A stretch of 64,000 nt of DNA from contig CBDBCR010000002.1 of assembly GCA_965203465.1 (NCBI GenBank), positions 32,001 to 96,000 on the forward strand, written 5' to 3'. The notes beneath the pieces are model-generated. The model saw only the letters and a list, made by a program, of their open reading frames with translations, had not been told where the DNA came from and did no database searches. Made by a program: the position numbers and the translations under genes. The stretch is from Nitrosopumilaceae archaeon. Its GTDB lineage: Archaea > Thermoproteota > Nitrososphaeria > Nitrososphaerales > Nitrosopumilaceae. The stretch's first letter is position 1. Every line of letters starts with the position of its first letter. Positions 1-8,969 of this stretch are shown here, piece by piece.

Positions 1-2
1 GG

Positions 3-701
3 ATGGGCCCGGTCTCGGAGGGCGACGACATCGCGTCCATGATGCTGGAATCGGCGGACGTGCGCGACGGCGACATACTGGTGGTCTCGCACAAGATAAT
101 ATCGAAGCAGGAGGGCCGCACGGTGAGGCTCTCGGATGTGCGCCCCTCGCGGCTTGCCTCGGGCATCGCATCGGCGTACGGCAAGGATCCGCGCGTGGTG
201 GAACTGGTGCTCTCCGAGGCCGACCGCATAGTCCGGATGGGCCACGGCGTGCTGATAACGCGCACGCGCCACGGGCTGGTGTGCGCAAACTCGGGGGTCG
301 ACGAGAGCAACGCGGGGCCTGGCGCCGCGGTGCTGCTGCCACTCGATCCGGACGGCTCGGCCCGGCGCCTGCGGCTGCGTGTGCGCGAGCTGTCGGGCGC
401 CTCGGTGGCCGTGCTCGTATCGGACACGTTCGGCAGGCCGTTTCGGATGGGCCAGACCGACTGCGCCGTAGGGGCCTCGGGCATGGAGCCGCTGCTGGAT
501 CTCCGGGGTTCGGAGGATTCGTACGGCAGGCCCCTGCGCTCGTCGGTGACGGCCGTGGCAGACCAGGTCTGCTCGGCCGCCGAGCTGGTCAGGCCAAAGT
601 CGGGCGGTGTGCCGGCGGCCGTCGTGCGGGGCGTGGCGGTCTCGGGCGACGCGCCGGCCTCGTCGGCGCTGCGGCCCGCCGGCCAGGATCTTTTCCTCTA
701 G
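3..701 (+). CDS. cofE: Coenzyme F420-0:L-glutamate ligase (5' end probably outside window)
   Basis: SHKIISKQEGR, CANSGVDESN, SDTFGRPFRMG motifs. Confidence 0.93.
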   Translation: MGPVSEGDDIASMMLESADVRDGDILVVSHKIISKQEGRTVRLSDVRPSRLASGIASAYGKDPRVVELVLSEADRIVRMGHGVLITRTRHGLVCANSGVDESNAGPGAAVLLPLDPDGSARRLRLRVRELSGASVAVLVSDTFGRPFRMGQTDCAVGASGMEPLLDLRGSEDSYGRPLRSSVTAVADQVCSAAELVRPKSGGVPAAVVRGVAVSGDAPASSALRPAGQDLFL

Positions 702-817
702 TCTATGGCGCACTCTGTGGGAGCGTCGCCGCACAGGCAGGGCCGCTTCGAGTCGTCCCCGTCCAGCGAGCACGACGTGCTGGCCCCGCCTCCGCACGAA
801 GGGCATGGCTCGTCCAT
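698..817 (-). CDS. 39-aa Cys-rich peptide (not in ORF track)
   Basis: MDEPCPSCGGGASTSCSLDGDDSKRPCLCGDAPTECAID; fills the cofE-speB gap; TTAAAT about 25 bp upstream on the minus strand. Confidence 0.6.
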   Translation of the reverse strand: MDEPCPSCGGGASTSCSLDGDDSKRPCLCGDAPTECAID

Positions 818-841
818 GCACCGTGCTCGCCGAATGGGGAT

Positions 842-1699
842 TTAACGAGAGGCGATGGCCGCCAGCATGGCCGCTATGCGGGCCGCCGCGGCGGCAGTCG
901 AGCCGTTGTCCTGCGGCGGGCACAGCTCGACTATGTCGGCGCCGGCTATGCGGGCCCCGCCCATGGCGCGCACCATCGCGAACAGCTCGCGCGGGGTCAG
1001 GCCCTCCGGCTCGGGATTCCCCACGCCGGGGGCGAACCCGGGGTCCAGCACGTCTATGTCGAAGCTGGCGTATACGCTGCCAAAGCCCGAGATCCACTCC
1101 TTCAAGAGACGCGGGCCCTCGCCGTCGCGCACCTGCGCGTCGGTAACGCACCGGATCCCGCTCTCCTTGAGGAACTCGGCCTCTTCTGCGGCGCACGCGC
1201 GGCCCCCCACGTGCAGCACGGAGCCGGCGCCGCGCTCCTCGACTATCCTGCGCAGGTACGAGGCGTGGCTGAGGCGCGCCCCGGCAAGCGAGTCGCGCAG
1301 GTCGTAGTGGGCGTCGAACACCACGTACCCCGTGGATTCGGGGAACGCCATGTACGATCCGAGCGTTATGAGGTGCTCGCCCCCGAAGAACAGCACGGGC
1401 CGCTTGGCCGAGACCTCGCCGGCCACCCTGCCGACCATCTGCAGCATCTGCTCGGCGTCGACGGTGTGCGCCAGGTTGCCCATGTCGTCTATGGGGATCG
1501 ATTCGAGGTCGGCCCCCAGCTCCGGGAAGAACACCTCGATGTTGTTCAAAGAGTCGCGCAGCGCGTCGGGGCCGAACCTACAGCCGGGCCTGTAAGAGTG
1601 CGTGGAGTCGAACGGCACGCCGACCACCGAGACGGCCGGCTCGCCCGGCGGCGACGAGATCAGGGGGCTCTTGGAAAGGTACAGGTCCGAGTAGCTCAC
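842..1699 (-). CDS. speB: Agmatinase (arginase family)
   Basis: GVPFDST, GGEHLIT, DAHYD, DIDVLDP motifs; GTG start overlaps thrS stop. Confidence 0.93.
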   Translation of the reverse strand: MSYSDLYLSKSPLISSPPGEPAVSVVGVPFDSTHSYRPGCRFGPDALRDSLNNIEVFFPELGADLESIPIDDMGNLAHTVDAEQMLQMVGRVAGEVSAKRPVLFFGGEHLITLGSYMAFPESTGYVVFDAHYDLRDSLAGARLSHASYLRRIVEERGAGSVLHVGGRACAAEEAEFLKESGIRCVTDAQVRDGEGPRLLKEWISGFGSVYASFDIDVLDPGFAPGVGNPEPEGLTPRELFAMVRAMGGARIAGADIVELCPPQDNGSTAAAAARIAAMLAAIASR

Positions 1700-3528
1700 G
1701 TCATCACCGGCCTGGCCGCCACGGAGCGGGGCGCGTTGAGGGGGGCAAACGGCATGCCCTCTGTCTCCCGCCTTATCTTTTCTGAGAGCTCTGCGGGCCC
1801 CGCGCGCAGCTGCCCGCCCGAGCGCCGGTCCCGCACGCTGAGCACGCCCGACTCGGCCTCGCTGGGGCCGACCACGGCTATGTAGGGTATCCACTCGCGC
1901 TCGGCGTCGCGCACCCTCTTGCCGACCGATTCGGATCTGTCGTCGACGTCGGCGCGCACGCCCTCCATGGACCCGCAGATGTCTAGGCACCTGCCGGCAA
2001 AGTCGGAGTTGAGCGGGATTATGCGCGCCTGGGTGGGGCACAGCCAGAGCGGCAGCGACGGCTTTTGGCCGCGCCCCGACGCCGAGGCGGCCTCCTCCAG
2101 GAGCGCGTACATGGCGCGCTCGACGGCGCCGCTCGGCGAGTTGTGCAGCACGAGCGGGTGCACGGGCCTGCCCGAATCGTCGGTGAACTCTATCCCGTAG
2201 CGAGGGCCGTTCTCTATGTCTATCTGGTCGGTCGAGAGGGCAGACGCCCTGCCGGCCCCGTCGACATAGTTGAACTCCCACTTTAGCACAAAGTAAAAGA
2301 AACGGTCCGGCCACAGTTCCACCAGGGCGGGCCTGCCGTGCCGCCTGACCAGCTCCTTTACCGTGTCTTCGTTCTCCTCGTAGAACTCGCGCGTGACGCG
2401 CACGGCCATCTCGTACGAGCCGGGCGGTATCCCTATCTCGGAGACGACCGAGCGCGAGAGGTCGAAGCGCTCGAGCATCTCGCCGAGGGCCTGGCGCATG
2501 TCCGCGCAGAAGGCGTGGCAGTCGGGCATGGTGAAGGCGCGCAGCCTGCGCAGCCCGACCAGCTCGCCGGACTGCTCGCGCCTAAAGCTGTACCTTGTAA
2601 GCTCGTAGAGGCGGTAGGGGAGGTTTTTGTGGGATATCTGCATGTCGCGGGCCATCAAAAACTGCCCAAAGCAGGCGGCGAACCTCAGAAAGAGGCTCCT
2701 GCCGTCCGAGTCCACGCTGTACTGGCGCGCCGGAAACCGCTCGAAATAACTCCTCATGCTGGGGTGGTCAGAGTCGTACATTATGGGAGTCTCCACCTCG
2801 TAGCCGCCGTACCCGCGCACGCGGGCCGTCACGTACGATTCGATGAGAGACTTTATGAGGCGGCCGTTGGGGTAGAAGCGCATGTTGCCGCGGTCCGAGG
2901 CCGGCTCGTAGTCGGCGATGGCCAGCCTCTTCATCAGGGCCACGTGCGGGGGCGGCTCGTCGGCCGAGCGCCTGCGCGCCTGCTCGTACCTTGCGAGCGC
3001 GTGCAGGCTCGCGCTGCCCGAAAAGTCGTAGTCAGCAGCGGGGGTCAGCGTGCCGTCCGGCTCCATGACCGCCCACTCGGATTCTATCTTTTTCTCGCTT
3101 GCCAGCGCCCCCGGCTCCGACCTGTCCGAGAAGGACATGTGGCTTTCCGCGAGCGGGTGGCCCTTTACGCTCACAGAGTACGACTTTGTCCAGCCGAAGG
3201 GGGCGCGGTGCAGCTCTATCCCCGCCGCATCCGAGGCCATGGAGTCGAGGACCTTGCGCGCCTCGCGCGGGGGGGCAAGCTCGGAACTGAGGTGCGCGTA
3301 CGGGTACAGCAGCAGGCGGGCGCAGCCGACCTTGGACATGGCCTCCTTGACAGCCGCCATGGCGGCGCGCGCGGCCCTCTCGCCGTCGCCCTTTTCGACC
3401 GAGACGAGCGCCACGACCACCTCGCGCAGCTCCACGGGGCCCGGATCCGAGACGTCCTCTGCCGACCCGATCTCTTTCTTTACCGGCTCGTACGCGGCGC
3501 GGTCGCAGTGAAGCTGCAGAACCCTCAT
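1696..3528 (-). CDS. thrS: Threonyl-tRNA synthetase, archaeal type with N-terminal editing domain
   Basis: YPYAHLS, RAPFGW, LRFAACFGQF, FRREQSGEL, anticodon-binding domain. Confidence 0.97.
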   Translation of the reverse strand: MRVLQLHCDRAAYEPVKKEIGSAEDVSDPGPVELREVVVALVSVEKGDGERAARAAMAAVKEAMSKVGCARLLLYPYAHLSSELAPPREARKVLDSMASDAAGIELHRAPFGWTKSYSVSVKGHPLAESHMSFSDRSEPGALASEKKIESEWAVMEPDGTLTPAADYDFSGSASLHALARYEQARRRSADEPPPHVALMKRLAIADYEPASDRGNMRFYPNGRLIKSLIESYVTARVRGYGGYEVETPIMYDSDHPSMRSYFERFPARQYSVDSDGRSLFLRFAACFGQFLMARDMQISHKNLPYRLYELTRYSFRREQSGELVGLRRLRAFTMPDCHAFCADMRQALGEMLERFDLSRSVVSEIGIPPGSYEMAVRVTREFYEENEDTVKELVRRHGRPALVELWPDRFFYFVLKWEFNYVDGAGRASALSTDQIDIENGPRYGIEFTDDSGRPVHPLVLHNSPSGAVERAMYALLEEAASASGRGQKPSLPLWLCPTQARIIPLNSDFAGRCLDICGSMEGVRADVDDRSESVGKRVRDAEREWIPYIAVVGPSEAESGVLSVRDRRSGGQLRAGPAELSEKIRRETEGMPFAPLNAPRSVAARPVMT

Positions 3529-3552
3529 CGCGCGCGCAGGCGACGGCTGGGA

Positions 3553-3903
3553 TTAAATGTCTAGCGCACCGGCGAGCGATATGGACAGGCGCTCCACGAT
3601 GGCCGCCGCGCCCGTCTCTTTGACGAACCGGGCGGCGCTGCCGAGCGGATCAGGCCCCAATAGACCCTCGTCGTAGACGCACTCTGCGGAGCCCTCGTCG
3701 GCGTACAGGACGGCTGTGATCAGCGACGTGCCGCCGCTCCTGTACAGGCGCAGCTCTAGGCCCGTCACCGACAGCCCGCGGAGCGCGTAGCGCACGCCGC
3801 CTGCTATGCGGATCGACTGGTCGGGGCCGCGCTCCACGCGGGACGGATCCGCCATGTCCACCACATGCACGGCCCGCGCCGGGCCCCCCACGTATATCGG
3901 CAT
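3553..3903 (-). CDS. Hypothetical protein (116 aa)
   Basis: ATG at 3903, normal protein composition, fills the gap upstream of thrS. Confidence 0.6.
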   Translation of the reverse strand: MPIYVGGPARAVHVVDMADPSRVERGPDQSIRIAGGVRYALRGLSVTGLELRLYRSGGTSLITAVLYADEGSAECVYDEGLLGPDPLGSAARFVKETGAAAIVERLSISLAGALDI

Positions 3904-4030
3904 CGGCAGAACGGGCCGGGCAGCTGCCGGCGCCGACCGCCTTGGGTGCGCCCGGTTGACGCTCGGGGCCGAGGCCGCCGAATCTGCCGGCCGGAGATCG
4001 TTTATAACACGACCCGCGGGGCCGGACGGC

Positions 4031-4276
4031 ATGGCCTCGAAAAAACCAGGCAAGGAGGAGGGCGGCGTACCTAGGGCCGAGATACCGGTGTATCTTGACG
4101 ACGGGCAGGCCGAGCGCGCGCTAAAGGGCGCGAAGGTTCTCACGCCGCAGGAACTTGCAAGGCAGACCGGGGTAAAGGTGTCCGCGGCCAACGCGTACCT
4201 AAAGCGGGCTCTCGCGGAAGGCAAAGTGGCAGACGCGGGCGGCTACAGCGGCCACCGTCTCTACAGGCCCGCCTGA
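4031..4276 (+). CDS. rps25e: 30S ribosomal protein S25e
   Basis: KVLTPQELARQTGVKVSAANAYLK wHTH; TTTATAA about 25-30 bp upstream. Confidence 0.8.
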   Translation: MASKKPGKEEGGVPRAEIPVYLDDGQAERALKGAKVLTPQELARQTGVKVSAANAYLKRALAEGKVADAGGYSGHRLYRPA

Positions 4277-4650
4277 GCCTCGAGCCTCACCGCGTCGCCG
4301 GGGCGCGCAGAATCAAGCAGTTCGATGCCAGACTCCACGCGCCCCACCAGCACCATGGGCCTGCCCGGCGAGGCCTCGCGCAGGAAAAAACACACCATGC
4401 CGCCGGGCGGGCTGAACGCCACATCGCCGCGCGCAAACTCGCGCCTCGGCTTTTCGAGCGCGCCTGCCACCGGGGTGCCCACGTACACGGCGCCCTCCAT
4501 GCCGTGGACGTTGCCCTCGAGGGGCAGGGCGCGAAGCAGGGCCCCGACCGTTCTGGGGGCAAGGTGCCTCTTTAGGAGCGCGGACGCCTCGCGCCCGCCG
4601 ATGCGCGCAAGCACCGCTGCGCCGGATACCAAGGCGGCGCAAAGATTCAT
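4261..4650 (-). CDS. Cyclophilin-like fold protein (TM1367/DUF369-like)
   Basis: APRTVGALLRALP, GDVAFSPPGGMVCFF. Confidence 0.8.
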   Translation of the reverse strand: MNLCAALVSGAAVLARIGGREASALLKRHLAPRTVGALLRALPLEGNVHGMEGAVYVGTPVAGALEKPRREFARGDVAFSPPGGMVCFFLREASPGRPMVLVGRVESGIELLDSARPGDAVRLEAQAGL

Positions 4651-4684
4651 TGGATTATATAACCGCTTTCCGGGGAGCCGGCGC

Positions 4685-5119
4685 TTGTCCGAGGCAGAAA
4701 ACAAGATCGAACCGGAGCGCGACGACGGCCTTGCCAAGGCGATAGAGACTTACCGCAAGCTGGCAGAGGATCAAGAACTGACCGATTCGGAAAAGTCGGC
4801 CATGGAAGAGCGCGTAAAGGCGATGACCGAGCGCGAGATAATAGGCGAGAACGTGGCGCACGAGCCCGCCGAGCTTTCACCCGACCGCGTGCAGATAGGG
4901 CCGCCGGTCCTCACCAGGTTCGAAAAGGCGCGCATAATGGGAGCGCGCGCGCTCCAGCTCTCGCTGGGCGCCCCGCCGTTCGTGGAGATACCGGCCACGG
5001 CGAAGCGCTCTCTCGAGATAGCCATGGACGAGCTGGAAAAAAAGATAATCCCCATAGTCATAAAGCGCGTGCTGCCCAACGGCGACTACCAGAACCTGCC
5101 GATAGACCGCTTCAAGTGA
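4685..5119 (+). CDS. rpo6: RNA polymerase subunit Rpo6 (K)
   Basis: LTRFEKARIMGARALQLSLGAP; TTG start after TTATATAA. Confidence 0.95.
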   Translation: MSEAENKIEPERDDGLAKAIETYRKLAEDQELTDSEKSAMEERVKAMTEREIIGENVAHEPAELSPDRVQIGPPVLTRFEKARIMGARALQLSLGAPPFVEIPATAKRSLEIAMDELEKKIIPIVIKRVLPNGDYQNLPIDRFK

Positions 5120-5288
5120 CCAGGATGCCTAGCGCGAGCGCGTTGAGCGCCGCGTGGGCGGCGCCGGCGCACGTCCCCACGTACAGGCAGCGCAGGCCCG
5201 TGCGCGGATCGCGCCGCCTGAGCACAAAGTACGAAACCACCCCGCCGGGCGCGCCGGCGCACGCGGCCAGCAGGTACCAGTAGTTCAC
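5112..5288 (-). CDS. 58-aa two-helix membrane protein (not in ORF track)
   Basis: MNYWYLLAACAGAPGGVVSYFVLRRRDPRTGLRCLYVG...; GTGA overlap with upstream ORF. Confidence 0.65.
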   Translation of the reverse strand: MNYWYLLAACAGAPGGVVSYFVLRRRDPRTGLRCLYVGTCAGAAHAALNALALGILVT

Positions 5289-5548
5289 GGCCCGTCCCGC
5301 GGCCTGCCCACCGGGCCCCTCGCGCGCTCCTGCGTTATGTCTATCTCGACCGACTCGAGTGGATCGTCCGAGACGCCGCGCCTTATGGAGAACAGCTTTG
5401 GCTTTTCAAAGTCGCGCGTGCAGTCGGGGCACGAGTACACCAGCACCCTGTGCTCGTTGGGGGCCTTTGGGTTGGACAGGCGCGGATAGTACACGAGCCG
5501 CGCGCCGCAGTCCACGCAGTACCTGTTGACCCTGCGTGTCCTTGCCAC
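5285..5548 (-). CDS. Small Zn-ribbon protein
   Basis: CVDC ... CPDC pairs. Confidence 0.75.
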   Translation of the reverse strand: MARTRRVNRYCVDCGARLVYYPRLSNPKAPNEHRVLVYSCPDCTRDFEKPKLFSIRRGVSDDPLESVEIDITQERARGPVGRPRDGP

Positions 5549-5572
5549 GCAAGAGCTTCGCCGTTCCCATAT

Positions 5573-6145
5573 TTACGGCATTGCCTCGGGGCGCAGCACG
5601 CGCATCGCTCCGCCCGAGATCTCTTCGAGCCTGCCCGCAAAGGAGACAAAGTCGCCGTCGCGCGAGACGAGCACGGCGCGGCCCGAGGCGCGCGCGATGG
5701 AGACCGACTGTGCCATTATGACCCTGTCCTGGGCGGCCTCGATGTACAGGCGCCTGAGGGCGGCCTTAGCGCCGCGCCCCACGATGCCCATCCTCGAGAC
5801 GCGCGTCTTTTTGCTGGCCATCCACGCGCGCGCGCCCTCGGATTCGGGCGAGCCGGCGGCCCCGCCGTGCATCTCTTCCATCAGGCGCAGCAGCTCGGCG
5901 TCGGTGCCCGGATCGCGGTACAGGCCGTATATCCAGTCCTTCTGGGAGCCGGGCAGCCGGGCGAGCCACGAGAGGGCAGGATGCCTGCCTCTTCCGCGCC
6001 TGTTGGACTTTTGGATCTTTTTGAACTCGGATTCCACCGCGCGCGGGATGCATATCTCGCCTTTCAGGCGGCTCTCGAACCAGCCGGGCCCCCTGCCGAG
6101 CCTGCGGTACGATTCGAGCACCGAGACCACGCAGCTCGTATCCAT
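5573..6145 (-). CDS. PIN-domain protein
   Basis: MDTS, PRAVESEF, QDRVIM, LVSRDGDF acidic motifs. Confidence 0.65.
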   Translation of the reverse strand: MDTSCVVSVLESYRRLGRGPGWFESRLKGEICIPRAVESEFKKIQKSNRRGRGRHPALSWLARLPGSQKDWIYGLYRDPGTDAELLRLMEEMHGGAAGSPESEGARAWMASKKTRVSRMGIVGRGAKAALRRLYIEAAQDRVIMAQSVSIARASGRAVLVSRDGDFVSFAGRLEEISGGAMRVLRPEAMP

Positions 6146-6214
6146 TATCGCGCATTCCACGGGGGGAGCCGGCCCGCCCACCCTTTAAATTAAGCCCGGG
6201 CCGGCACGCGCCGA

Positions 6215-6940
6215 TTGCTTCCGGCGCAGCAGGGCTATGACCGTGCGATAACTGTGTTCTCGCCAGACGGGCGGCTATACCAGGTAGAGTACGCCATAGA
6301 GACTGTCCGGCGCGGGACCATCGCGGTCGGCGTGCTCTGCTCGGAGGGATCGGTCATGGCAGTCGAGGAAAAGTCGCGCAAGCTGCAGGTCTCCGACTAT
6401 GCCCAAAAGATATTCGAGATAGACGAGCACGTCGGCGTGGCGGCGGCCGGCTACATACCCGACGCGCGCAGCCAGGTGGACAACGCCAGGTTCTTTTCGC
6501 AGAGCAACCGGCTCATCTACGACGAGCCCGTCGATGTCGAGACCGTGGCGCGCCACCTTGCGGATCAGAGCCAGCAGTTCACCCAGTACGCGGGCGTGCG
6601 TCCCAACGGCGTTGCGCTCATAATCGCGGGGGTCAACCGGGGCTCGCCCAGCCTGTACCTGACCGATCCGAGCGGCACGTACATCTCGTACGAGGCCGTC
6701 GCCATCGGGGCCGGCTCGGACAGAGTGACGCCGTTCCTGGAAAAAGAGTACAAAAAGGACATGTCCCTCGAGGACGCCTCGGTGCTAGCAGCCGCCTCTA
6801 CGCTGCTCGCCGGGGACGGGGGGCCGGCCGACGGCGTGCGCATGGCGCAGGTATCTGCGTCCACCGGAAAGTTCTCCCTCGTGCCGCCCGAAGGCGTCCG
6901 GGGGTATTCGGATGCGGCGAGGTCAAAGTTCCTCGGCTGA
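6215..6940 (+). CDS. psmA: Proteasome alpha subunit
   Basis: GYDRAITVFSPDGRLYQVEYA. Confidence 0.98.
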   Translation: MLPAQQGYDRAITVFSPDGRLYQVEYAIETVRRGTIAVGVLCSEGSVMAVEEKSRKLQVSDYAQKIFEIDEHVGVAAAGYIPDARSQVDNARFFSQSNRLIYDEPVDVETVARHLADQSQQFTQYAGVRPNGVALIIAGVNRGSPSLYLTDPSGTYISYEAVAIGAGSDRVTPFLEKEYKKDMSLEDASVLAAASTLLAGDGGPADGVRMAQVSASTGKFSLVPPEGVRGYSDAARSKFLG

Positions 6941-7712
6941 GCCGGACGGCACGTCGGTGGCCATACCGGACTCGTGCCTGGCCGAAGAGGAATCCCTCCT
7001 GGAAAAGACGCGCAAGATATCGCAGATGGCGCGCGCCTGCTCCATATTCGGCGTCTCGTGCATATACGTGTACGACCACGGGGGCGGGGACGACGGCAAG
7101 CTGCTCGCCTCGCTGCTGCGGTACGCCGAGGCGCCGCAGTTCCTGCGCCGCCGGCTCTTCCCAAAGACCGACCAGCTGCGCTGCGCCGGCGCGATCGCCC
7201 CGCTACAGATACCGAGCCACAACGTCTCGGGCAGGCCGGCGCCGGGGCAGTACCGCGACGGGGTCGTGGTCAGGGGCGGGCGAGCCGACTTTGGGTTCGG
7301 GCCGCTGCCCTACCGGGGCCGCTCGCCGCCCGGCTCGCGCATAACTGCGCGCTTTTCGTCTGCCACCGAGTACCGCGAGGTGCCAAGCTCGTCGGCGCCC
7401 GGGTACCGGGGGTACGCGGTGCGCAGGCGCGGCAGCCTGGCCTCGTCGCTCTCGTCGTGGACAGGCGACATCGTGATCACCTCGCGCAAGGGCAGGGCCG
7501 TCACATCGGATCTTCTAGGCAGGTGCCGCCGGGCGCGGCGCCTGCTGGTCGCGTACGGCTCGTCGAGGCACGGCATACACGACATGCTCGACCCCTCGTC
7601 GGTGCCGGGCGCGCGCGTGCTGGACTTTTTTCCGGGCCAGCGCACAAAGACGGTCCGGCTCGAAGAGGCGCTGCTGGGCACGCTGGCCATGCTCAACGCG
7701 CCGCAACGCTGA
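6912..7712 (+). CDS. SPOUT RNA methyltransferase (DUF171 family)
   Basis: SVAIPDS, ARACSIFGV, PGQRTKTVRLEEAL; start uncertain. Confidence 0.88.
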   Translation: MRRGQSSSAEPDGTSVAIPDSCLAEEESLLEKTRKISQMARACSIFGVSCIYVYDHGGGDDGKLLASLLRYAEAPQFLRRRLFPKTDQLRCAGAIAPLQIPSHNVSGRPAPGQYRDGVVVRGGRADFGFGPLPYRGRSPPGSRITARFSSATEYREVPSSSAPGYRGYAVRRRGSLASSLSSWTGDIVITSRKGRAVTSDLLGRCRRARRLLVAYGSSRHGIHDMLDPSSVPGARVLDFFPGQRTKTVRLEEALLGTLAMLNAPQR

Positions 7713-7737
7713 TTTGGCCCCGCGCCGGCCCGACCGC

Positions 7738-7842
7738 GTGAAAGGGGGGTTCGCGCTGCTGGCAATGGCCGTCGGCGCGGCAGGCGTGGCTATAGGAATC
7801 TATGCTGCTTGGTCGGCCATATCTTCTCTTGTCGGGCCCTAG
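7738..7842 (+). CDS. Putative 34-aa single-TM peptide (not in ORF track)
   Basis: MKGGFALLAMAVGAAGVAIGIYAAWSAISSLVGP. Confidence 0.4.
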   Translation: MKGGFALLAMAVGAAGVAIGIYAAWSAISSLVGP

Positions 7843-8489
7843 GACTTTACGCACCTGTACGAGGCGAATATGGGGCCCACGCCGCCCTTTTCGAACCTGC
7901 CGTGCCTCGATATCTGCTCTTCGTACCGGGCCTCGCCGTGCAGGTAGTTTTCCACCTCGACCTTGGTGCCGGACGGCAGCACGAACAGGCCGCGTATGTA
8001 CCCGGGGCGCTCCTCGTCGACCCTCTCGAAGCGGTCGCGCAGGTACCCCATGCTCCCGTCGTTGAACACGACCAGCATGACCTCGGCGCCGCTCTTTGCC
8101 TTTGAGAATATGGTCTCGACGGCGCCGGGCATGTCCGAGACGGTGTGGAGCACCATGGAGCACAGAACGGAATCAAAGTGAGAATCCGGCAGGCTGCCGC
8201 CGCCCGGAAGCGACGCCTCTTGGAGGCGCAGCCCGCCCGGCCGGGAGCCGTGCTTTGACCTGATGTAGTCGAAGAATTCGGGGACCGGATCGGCTCCCCA
8301 GTACTCGGCGGCGGGGTTTAGAAACTCCAGCGCCGCGCCCCATCCGCACCCCATGTCGAGGAACCTGGAGCCGGCGGGCACCTTGGCAAGCTCGCGCGCA
8401 AGGTGCGGCTCTAGGTGGTCGCGCTTGAACTCGTCCTCGCCCTCCTCGTAGTGCTTTATCCACGCCTCGGCGTATTCCTTGTCGTACAA
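7839..8489 (-). CDS. Class I SAM-dependent methyltransferase
   Basis: FLDMGCGWG, HFDSVLCSMVLH; TTG start after ATAAATA. Confidence 0.88.
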   Translation of the reverse strand: MYDKEYAEAWIKHYEEGEDEFKRDHLEPHLARELAKVPAGSRFLDMGCGWGAALEFLNPAAEYWGADPVPEFFDYIRSKHGSRPGGLRLQEASLPGGGSLPDSHFDSVLCSMVLHTVSDMPGAVETIFSKAKSGAEVMLVVFNDGSMGYLRDRFERVDEERPGYIRGLFVLPSGTKVEVENYLHGEARYEEQISRHGRFEKGGVGPIFASYRCVKS

Positions 8490-8786
8490 CGGGGCGAGGC
8501 CCGCGTGGTCCGTATTTATGTGAATGCGGGGCGCCGCGCATTTCGCAGGATCCGCGGACTGCCCGGCGGCGCGCGGCTCCGCCCTGCGATCGCGCCGGCT
8601 AGGCCGCAACCGCCCGGACTCGTCGCGGACTGCAAGAGCCCGGCCCGCGGCCGGCAGAAGAGTCGCGCGAACCGCCCGCGGATGCGCTTCCGGCCGGCCC
8701 GAACCGCCGTACCGTACGGTCTGCGGCCATCGCCGCGGCCGGATGCGCCCGAAAGAAACTTTTACGGGGCCCGCCGGCCGGGCTCC

Positions 8787-8969
8787 GTGGACATGCAGTA
8801 CTCGCGCCTGACCGTCGAGGGGGACAAAAAGACGGAATGGATATGCGGCTGCTTTGAGACCATCGACGGGTACTTCAAATTCTGCCCGGGCCACGACGAG
8901 ACGCTGGCGCGCGCGATAAACTCGCAGATAGACGAGCTGGACATGACGCTCGTGCTCGACGGCAGCTAG
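8787..8969 (+). CDS. Small hypothetical protein (60 aa)
   Basis: WICGCFETIDGYFKFCPGH; normal composition. Confidence 0.65.
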   Translation: MDMQYSRLTVEGDKKTEWICGCFETIDGYFKFCPGHDETLARAINSQIDELDMTLVLDGS

